A stretch of DNA of 64,000 bases from a virus: positions 1 to 64,000 of the IMG/VR virus record IMGVR_UViG_3300045738_002037, one strand, 5' to 3'. Numbering within the stretch: position 1 is the first letter of the stretch; each line of letters begins with the position of its first letter. Shown in pieces: positions 57,512 through 64,000 of this stretch. Both the position numbers and the translations under genes were made by a program. The notes below the pieces were generated by a model. The model made no database searches, was not told the DNA's origin, and saw only the letters and a program-made list of their open reading frames with translations.

Positions 57512-58147
57512 ATGGAAATTGACCCTAAACAAATAGCTAAGATGATAACGGAAGATCCGGATGAATATGCGGATTTCGAAGATGCTGATGAGTTCGAAAG
57601 CGGCGATCCAGACGGATATACACATTTCCACCCGGCGACCAAAACACTTTTTGAGTTGGGCGAATGCGAAAATTGCGGCAGAGATGTACAAGAAGCAAAT
57701 TCAGTAGGATATGTCAACCCGGACGACGAAATGATGATGATGGGGTACCATGAATATGAAGGTTCGTTACCTCCAGAAATCGCATGGGACGATGCTCTTA
57801 GTAGTGCCACTTGTGGAGAGTGCGGCCATGATCCCACAAGAATATTGGGGGATTTCAAAATAGAGACAAGCAGAATTCCTCCCAGGTCGTCCTGGCTTCA
57901 TGAAGAGAAACATCAGCTACGCCTACTCCGTCCCCGTCAAGGCCCAATTATTCGGAACATACAATGGTCGCCCGCAGCAATCACTATTCAATTTCCCAGC
58001 GGGGAAATCTGGGAATATGTCATTTATGAAAATCGATGGCTGCAAGATCTTTTAAAAAGCCATCGTCGAAATGTAGGGCGTCTCGTGGCTGCTATGAAAA
58101 GAATCCCAAATATTGAAGTTCAACGCGTGTTGGATCTTGAGTCTTAA
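57512..58147 (+). CDS. ITEDP-leader protein with zinc ribbon and KTSC-like C-terminus
   Basis: Start reassigned to ATG 57512 (MEIDPKQIAKMITEDPDEY); CENC...CGEC; WSPAAITIQFPSGEIWEYV. Confidence 0.7.
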   Translation: MEIDPKQIAKMITEDPDEYADFEDADEFESGDPDGYTHFHPATKTLFELGECENCGRDVQEANSVGYVNPDDEMMMMGYHEYEGSLPPEIAWDDALSSATCGECGHDPTRILGDFKIETSRIPPRSSWLHEEKHQLRLLRPRQGPIIRNIQWSPAAITIQFPSGEIWEYVIYENRWLQDLLKSHRRNVGRLVAAMKRIPNIEVQRVLDLES

Positions 58148-58152
58148 CTAAA

Positions 58153-59484
58153 TTATGTGTAAGTCTCTTCACCATATTCGTCACCATATTCGTCACCATA
58201 TTCGTCACCATATTCGTCAACTTCGAATTCTTCAGGATCTTCAATTAAGGCATTGAGCAAAGAACTCGCTTCTTCCGGATTTTCAATAACAGCAGCGACA
58301 ATCTTATGTAAATGATCGGGTTCTTGTAATGCCAAGGCGGTCACAAGGTCGGCTAAAGAAACGCCTTGAGGTTTCACCTTTAAGAATCGACGCCACAGTT
58401 CTGGCCCAACTTGAATTAAATAAGGTTCATGCCGTATGTCATCAGCATGTGAAAGAACCTGCTCAGTTTCTTCACCATTTAAGTTTCCAAGACCATGGTA
58501 ACTTAAAAGTTCAGCAACACCCTTGCTCATTTCTTGGGCCAACACTGGAAAAACCACACCACGCGCATCTATTTTATAATCATCACTATCTCCGTCTTGG
58601 TTTACATTAGCTGAACCCACAGCAGACATGCCTAGCATAGCAAACATAGCTGGAATATCAATTAGCCAATACATCTGAACCGACAACGATGAAATCCGAT
58701 TATATAAATCCAATAATTCTGGGTCTATTTTCTCTATTTCTTTATCCACCACGTGATGCATCGTCATCATAGCATGCACTGCAGATCCTTGCGTCATTGT
58801 GTTCATGGTCAAACGCTTGTTAATCTGCTTACGCATATTTTCATCGAGTTCTGGCTTCTCTTTTCCTTCTTCATCCTCTTCATTTTTTTCAACATCAGAA
58901 GTAAGACGACCTTCTAGCATCTCTTCCGGGATTCCCCAAATTTGAACTGTTATCTTTTTGGCCAACGCGATAAGTTCATCTTGGTGTTCTGATTCTTTCT
59001 GTACGATTTGGTGCATAATACGCATCATATTTGCGGGGTTGGCGTTTAGACTAGTCACTCTGTCAGTAACATGTTCCCAGGCTCCACGTGACAACTTATC
59101 GCCTAACAAAGCAAGAACCGGATGTTTGGCAAACAGATGCTCTCGATTACTGGGAAGATCCTGCCAAAAGCTTTGTATAGACGGATGCGTTTCATCTTCA
59201 TAGGCTTCGGCTAGAATTGAAACCATGATGTCATTCCCCGACTCCATACAATTCTTGGGCTGCACCTTGCGTTTTGGAACTGGGGGGTGAAAAGGATCTG
59301 GCTTAGAAGGCTTTTCTTGCGGTGGCCTAGATGGGGCTGGCGACGGATAATCCGTACGTCTAGATGGAGAAGGAGCTTCCCTTGCAGGAGCCGGTATAGC
59401 CGTAGCCTCTACATCTTCTACCTCTTGCATTTCTTTTGCAGCAAGAGCTTCATCCAGTTTTTGTTTTAAATTTTTTGATTTCAT
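58153..59484 (-). CDS. Hypothetical phage protein, 443 aa
   Basis: Pro-rich N-region, INKRLTMNTMTQGSA, C-terminal LIEDPEEF and DEYG repeats (12-bp unit at about 58168-58218). Confidence 0.8.
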   Translation of the reverse strand: MKSKNLKQKLDEALAAKEMQEVEDVEATAIPAPAREAPSPSRRTDYPSPAPSRPPQEKPSKPDPFHPPVPKRKVQPKNCMESGNDIMVSILAEAYEDETHPSIQSFWQDLPSNREHLFAKHPVLALLGDKLSRGAWEHVTDRVTSLNANPANMMRIMHQIVQKESEHQDELIALAKKITVQIWGIPEEMLEGRLTSDVEKNEEDEEGKEKPELDENMRKQINKRLTMNTMTQGSAVHAMMTMHHVVDKEIEKIDPELLDLYNRISSLSVQMYWLIDIPAMFAMLGMSAVGSANVNQDGDSDDYKIDARGVVFPVLAQEMSKGVAELLSYHGLGNLNGEETEQVLSHADDIRHEPYLIQVGPELWRRFLKVKPQGVSLADLVTALALQEPDHLHKIVAAVIENPEEASSLLNALIEDPEEFEVDEYGDEYGDEYGDEYGEETYT

Positions 59485-59488
59485 TTTA

Positions 59489-60556
59489 TTAATTTAATGG
59501 GGGCCTACCTTGATAATCTCCGGGCGTGTGGTCTTTCCGCATTCTATTAATTTCAACCAGCGGCCCTTCAGGATCTGATTCAGCCCATTTTCCAAGAGCG
59601 TAGTCCAAACCAATAGAAATTATGTGCAGGCCCTCATTTGAAATACCCATCACTTGCCCGAAACCGCCCGGTTTACCTGACTCAAATTGTATAATCTGTC
59701 CAGATCGCCCGATCTTAGTCGATTTATATTCTGAAGCATCAAATTCAGGGTCTTCTTTTTGATTTTCCATAAAAACAATGTAAAGAGGGCCTTTTTTCAT
59801 ATACTGAGCAGCCTGCCACGCATAGCCTTTTGTACGATCGTACCTGTCTGCTGGCCCTTCTAATAACTTAAAATCCCTAGTTTCCCCCGCTCTAGGATGC
59901 CAATCACCATAAGTAAATTTTGACTCACTATCTGCTATGCCTTCTTGATATCCAGGTTGCCCCGGTCTATTCCTAGCAAGTTCAGTAGTACACCATTGAG
60001 TGCCTCGCCCCATATAAATCGCAGCTTCCGGTTCTGTAATCTTATAAAATTTATAACGAGTTTTATAAATATTCGGAAGCGTTATCTCAAAAACTAATTC
60101 AGCGCCCTTTTTCATATCACGAGATTCTTGTCTTTTAGTAGTAAATTCTTCCTCGCCTAATTCAAGGAATATTTTTCCTAAATTTCGCCAATCTCTTATA
60201 GGTGAATTCTTTTCCCATAGATCAATCGGTAAATTCATACTTTTCCACTGCTGCGTATTTTTATTATTATGAAAAAATTCTAATGTTCTTCTTAGTCTTT
60301 CACCGTCTTCAGGAAGCACTATTGTAGCATTTTTAAGTTGATCAACAATATATCTCAAATATTGTCCTTGCTGATCAGTGGGGTCAAACTCGACTAAAGA
60401 TTCTATGTATTTAGCAACATCATCTCTATTGTCAGCAAATTTATCCTTGTCTACCCAACGGGATTTTTTACCCATTAAGGTATCAACCTGTTTAGCCGCT
60501 TTAACATCAAGCTGCTCTAATATGATGTTCAATTTATTGATAAAATAATCTGCCAT
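59489..60556 (-). CDS. Hypothetical protein with GxGTxWC motif
   Basis: AAIYMGRGTQWCTT...GPLYIVF; N-terminal KLNIILE. Confidence 0.75.
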   Translation of the reverse strand: MADYFINKLNIILEQLDVKAAKQVDTLMGKKSRWVDKDKFADNRDDVAKYIESLVEFDPTDQQGQYLRYIVDQLKNATIVLPEDGERLRRTLEFFHNNKNTQQWKSMNLPIDLWEKNSPIRDWRNLGKIFLELGEEEFTTKRQESRDMKKGAELVFEITLPNIYKTRYKFYKITEPEAAIYMGRGTQWCTTELARNRPGQPGYQEGIADSESKFTYGDWHPRAGETRDFKLLEGPADRYDRTKGYAWQAAQYMKKGPLYIVFMENQKEDPEFDASEYKSTKIGRSGQIIQFESGKPGGFGQVMGISNEGLHIISIGLDYALGKWAESDPEGPLVEINRMRKDHTPGDYQGRPPLN

Positions 60557-60595
60557 TGACCTAGCCTTATAATTACAAATTATTTTTGCACCTAT

Positions 60596-60627
60596 AAAAA
60601 GACCCGGATGCCTTACACATCCGGGTC
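60596..60627 (-). terminator. Intrinsic terminator
   Basis: GACCCGGATG-(7 nt)-CATCCGGGTC stem followed by TTTTT on the minus strand. Confidence 0.85.
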
Positions 60628-60740
60628 CAATATTGACCGGTGAGATTCAAACTCACAACCTATGGTCTTTCGACCATTGCTCTGACCCCATCAGTAAGGT
60701 GATGCGATGACCAAAGCCATTTGAGCTACAGCCAATATTG
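60628..60740 (-). ncRNA. tRNA-like RNA lacking a canonical anticodon loop
   Basis: TTGGCTG-TA-GCTC-[40-nt D loop]-GAGC-A-ATGGTC-GAAA-GACCAT-AGGTT-GTGAG-TTTGAAT-CTCAC-CGGTCAA; all four stems pair; no encoded CCA. Confidence 0.75.
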
Positions 60741-60741
60741 T

Positions 60742-61566
60742 TTATGCAACATTTTGATGTCCGTTTATGGTGGGAGCAATAACTCTTAATTTTTGCAAAG
60801 CCAATGTTTCTATTTGCCTTATTCTTTCTTTGGTTACCCCTATTTTATCTCCTACTTCCTGCAATGTTAATGGCTCACAGCCAAGACCAAATCGCATTTC
60901 AATTATTCTGCGCTGCCGATCATCTTTAAGCGTATTTACTAACTTTTCAATATATTTGGCGATACTATTGATTCTCAATTCTTCCTCGTATGGCTCAGAA
61001 CAATCAGGTACACTGTCTATAGAATAATCCTCAGATTCTCTAATCACATTGCCATTAGCAGAATTTATAGCCTTAATAATTGTGCCTAATCTTTTCTTGT
61101 TCCAACCCAATTTCTTCAACAATGCGTTTGTGTCAATAATACCATCGTCCATTCTAACAGCATTAACAGCTCTTTCATATTGACGCACATTACTATTGGC
61201 ATTCATAGCACGTGAAACAGTGTTGTTGCAATCATTCATACGCTGCACATTAGCTCTAATTCGCCAATATGCATATGTTCCAAATCTTACTGACTTGCTA
61301 AAATCAAAATTTCTTATGGCATCATATATACCACAAATTCCTTCTGATAACGCATCGTCAAAATCTATGTGACGCGCTTTAAATTGATTTACTACTTTAA
61401 CAACCCAAAGAATATTAGATAAAATAAGAATATGTTGGGCTTGTTTATCTCCATTTTTAGCTTTTCTGATATATTCTTTTTCTAATTCAGGATCTTCAAT
61501 AAAATCACACTGTGCTTTTCTAATAAAAGACTGAATGTAATCTGAATATATCACGCGGCACTCCAT
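60742..61566 (-). CDS. Sigma70-family RNA polymerase sigma factor (regions 1.2-4)
   Basis: LILSNILWV, DALSEG..G...AI.NFD.SK..RF.TYA.W.I, RFGL...LTLQEVG...GVTKERIRQIE..AL.KLR. Confidence 0.93.
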   Translation of the reverse strand: MECRVIYSDYIQSFIRKAQCDFIEDPELEKEYIRKAKNGDKQAQHILILSNILWVVKVVNQFKARHIDFDDALSEGICGIYDAIRNFDFSKSVRFGTYAYWRIRANVQRMNDCNNTVSRAMNANSNVRQYERAVNAVRMDDGIIDTNALLKKLGWNKKRLGTIIKAINSANGNVIRESEDYSIDSVPDCSEPYEEELRINSIAKYIEKLVNTLKDDRQRRIIEMRFGLGCEPLTLQEVGDKIGVTKERIRQIETLALQKLRVIAPTINGHQNVA

Positions 61567-61607
61567 TATGTTATGTTTATGCTAGTAAATAAACGGGACA
61601 ATTTGTT

Positions 61608-61976
61608 ATGAAATCCGAATCACTAATTTATGATAGACTACAAAAGAAAATAGACCAAGACGGAAGACCATTAAAAGGAATATACTTAACACGACGCGTA
61701 ACATCATCATTTTTACAAGCAATACCTCCTAACATACAACATTTCGATGCATATTTATATGCAGTGGTCAAAAGAAAACCAGAAAAAGAAACAAACAACA
61801 AATGGGGCAAAGATGCCCGCATAGATCCTTGTTTTTTAAATTGGGAGCAAAAAATCATAGAAATGGTAATACCTTTTAACATTAATGATGGAATAAAATC
61901 AATAGACGATTTAGATGAAGAATTTTTTGAAGCTATCCAAGCGTCATTCATAGCTATGATGTACGGTATGTTTTAA
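61608..61976 (+). CDS. Hypothetical protein
   Basis: 122-aa ORF divergent from the sigma gene. Confidence 0.6.
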   Translation: MKSESLIYDRLQKKIDQDGRPLKGIYLTRRVTSSFLQAIPPNIQHFDAYLYAVVKRKPEKETNNKWGKDARIDPCFLNWEQKIIEMVIPFNINDGIKSIDDLDEEFFEAIQASFIAMMYGMF

Positions 61977-62766
61977 TTTTATAATATTTCAATGGCCTAG
62001 GTCCATATAAACTATGCGCGCCTGGCCCATAAGCATCTGACGATCCATAATGCCAAAACGCTGTGGTCAAAATCGGCGTATTTTGTCTTGCAAGAAACAA
62101 CGCTATTAACCTTTCAAACATATGTGGCGTCCAAAAACCAACATCACTTAATTTTAAATTTTTGGCTATTTTGTGCAAATAATTTCCCAATAAATCAAAT
62201 ACTTTTCGACTACACGCAAATTGATGAGAATATAGCATACGTGGCTGTTTTTCTATCGCCCAATTATAAATATCAGGATCATACTTCCTAATATAATCCC
62301 ACACAAATATCCCATTGTCAAACGCATGAATATTCATAGGATCAGTTCGTGGAAACAAAGGAAAAGATTCAGGAACCTCCCATTCTTTCCATGCCCTAGA
62401 AAATGAAGAATGAACGGCCAAACCAACAGCACGTTCTAAATTATTTTCAAGATGTTTATGAATTTTTTTCCACGTTTCTCCAGCTTTAAAATGCATAACA
62501 TTATCCGAGTGCATGATGGCAACATGATTATCACCAATTAGCTGGTCGGCATGCTCCCAAATAGTTAAAATAACCGACGTTTCAAAAAGTGACGAATTCC
62601 AAGAAGCATACGTGGGGAAAAAATCATTTGCTTCTGATAAATCAACATCTTCTATTTTAGTAGTTCCGCAAGAAATCGTCTTGCATTCCACCATCTTAGA
62701 ATTAAACGCTTTTTTAGTTAACAACCTAGAAGATTGCGGGTGGCATAATTGGAATGCTTTTATCAT
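61954..62766 (-). CDS. Putative glycosyltransferase-like protein
   Basis: VAIMHSD and MFERL motifs reminiscent of GT-A/DUF4422-like proteins; ATGA-coupled to the GT gene. Confidence 0.45.
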   Translation of the reverse strand: MIKAFQLCHPQSSRLLTKKAFNSKMVECKTISCGTTKIEDVDLSEANDFFPTYASWNSSLFETSVILTIWEHADQLIGDNHVAIMHSDNVMHFKAGETWKKIHKHLENNLERAVGLAVHSSFSRAWKEWEVPESFPLFPRTDPMNIHAFDNGIFVWDYIRKYDPDIYNWAIEKQPRMLYSHQFACSRKVFDLLGNYLHKIAKNLKLSDVGFWTPHMFERLIALFLARQNTPILTTAFWHYGSSDAYGPGAHSLYGPRPLKYYKIKTYRTS

Positions 62767-63593
62767 GATTTATCCATGGCCAATTTAACATTAGATAAAC
62801 CCATAGATTTTAAAATAATCGACGAACCATCGTCGGCATTTAACGTTATTGGAATATAGCTTGTTAATTCATCTTTAGACCAATGCATATGCGTCCCCAA
62901 TAATTCCGGAAACCTCATATTCCATTTATGATGTAAAAGTCTCATGTAAGTCCAATATTTTTTATCACCAGAAAAACTTGCAGAATATTTTCCATAATGT
63001 ATTATCGGCAAATGAGAACCCCAAATTGCATACCCAGCAGCACGTGCTTGAAGACACATATCCATTCCGTAAAAATGAAATCCATTAAACATTGGATCAA
63101 ATTTCAAACCCGTTTTTTTATTTAAAACCATTAAACATTCATCTACGCAATGTACTTGCGTAATATTCTTTTCACCATCCCAATATGGGGCGCTGTCTAA
63201 TGATTTATCTGACCCATAAACTGTTCCCACAGCTATTGTGTCTATTTTTAAAGCACCACCCCAATTGCCAATATCATATCGCGTAAATTCCATGGATATG
63301 CCAGCACTCCCCAGCATTCCCCAATTTTCAGGCAATAGGTCTATCGTGCTCGACAATATATTAAACCAATCGTCTAGCAAACTAACATCTTGATGCACAA
63401 ACACCAAAATATCAGACTTAGCCACATCAATGCCAATATTCAAGGCATTACTTGCGGAATACCTATTATCATTATTAATGATTGGGATAATTTCTATATC
63501 ATATCCATTTCGCATTTTATTAATTGATTGTAATAAACATTGGTCATAAATGTCAGCATTAGATATGCATGTTATAATCGAAAAATCTGGCAT
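62763..63593 (-). CDS. GT-A fold glycosyltransferase (family 2-like)
   Basis: SAS.ALN.GI..AK.D.LVFVHQDV, G.AG, VDEC, FHFYGMDMCLQA; start set to ATG 63593 (MPDFSIITC). Confidence 0.85.
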   Translation of the reverse strand: MPDFSIITCISNADIYDQCLLQSINKMRNGYDIEIIPIINNDNRYSASNALNIGIDVAKSDILVFVHQDVSLLDDWFNILSSTIDLLPENWGMLGSAGISMEFTRYDIGNWGGALKIDTIAVGTVYGSDKSLDSAPYWDGEKNITQVHCVDECLMVLNKKTGLKFDPMFNGFHFYGMDMCLQARAAGYAIWGSHLPIIHYGKYSASFSGDKKYWTYMRLLHHKWNMRFPELLGTHMHWSKDELTSYIPITLNADDGSSIILKSMGLSNVKLAMDKS

Positions 63594-63656
63594 GATGTAA
63601 TATATAATCTCCCACAAATTTAAATTGGTTATTTAATACAATGTGGAGGTTTAACC

Positions 63657-63890
63657 ATGGCACAAAGAAAAATTACTTGCATTAGCAACGTTTCAAATCA
63701 AATGATCCCAGTGATACTCAGCAAAATCGCACTTGCTAAAAAAGAAACTAGCTCTAATGTAGACTATTATCGTGAAGGTATGTTACAAATCGCTCCCGGA
63801 GCCGCAGTAGACGTTGAATCAACAAGGTTGGATGACGGCCAATTGATCCAATTAAAAAATATGGGGCTTATTTCAACAGTCGTCCGATAA
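63657..63890 (+). CDS. Small protein, paralog of 42320..42574
   Basis: GGAGG SD; N.S.QMI...DYY.....I.PG......L...Q...L...GL. Confidence 0.7.
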   Translation: MAQRKITCISNVSNQMIPVILSKIALAKKETSSNVDYYREGMLQIAPGAAVDVESTRLDDGQLIQLKNMGLISTVVR

Positions 63891-63906
63891 CATATCTACA
63901 AACTTC

Positions 63907-63945
63907 GAGCGCCCGATAATATAACGTAAATATTGCCGGGCGCTC
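63907..63945. terminator. Stem-loop downstream of 63657..63890 (possible terminator)
   Basis: GAGCGCCCG..AATAT...ATATT..CGGGCGCTC; no clear U-tract. Confidence 0.45.
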
Positions 63946-64000
63946 ATGCATATCAATCAATGTTACATTGGTTCATAAAATTTCTGATATTACACCACTG

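Noticed and set aside
60628-60740. Functional decoding tRNA, tmRNA or Y RNA
   Set aside because: No 7-nt anticodon loop or CCA; it retains a D stem and has no tag ORF (unlike tmRNA); it is not arranged like YrlA and no Ro60 gene is seen.

Overview
A 64-kb segment of a large, AT-rich T4-like (myovirus) phage genome, read in the standard genetic code. Almost all genes lie on the minus strand. It holds the complete head module (gp23 capsid, gp22-like scaffold, gp21 protease, a 1102-aa acidic core protein, gp20 portal, gp17 terminase), the baseplate/tail/neck module (gp6, gp25, gp5-, gp53- and gp27-like proteins, tape measure, gp26/gp51, three gp19-like tubes, gp18, gp15, gp14, gp13) and a modular tail fibre. 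Interspersed are UvsW, class II ribonucleotide reductase, primase, two sigma factors (gp55-like and sigma70-like) and a glycan-tailoring set (Gmd, glycosyltransferases, sulfotransferase, methyltransferase, PRT-HAD). The most notable signals are: (1) a tandem array of mostly unrelated proteins sharing an 'AAFITE-DPxEF' leader with a 20-bp nucleotide-identical core, a candidate capsid-targeted cargo cassette system; (2) an anticodon-less tRNA-shaped RNA between the sigma70 stop codon and its terminator; (3) hairpins that occlude Shine-Dalgarno (SD) sites and carry a late-promoter-like motif in the loop, including at gmd; (4) a candidate +1 frameshift joining gp26 to gp51; (5) a gp55-like sigma with a zinc-ribbon insertion. 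All family calls come from motif recognition and gene order; no database search was run.
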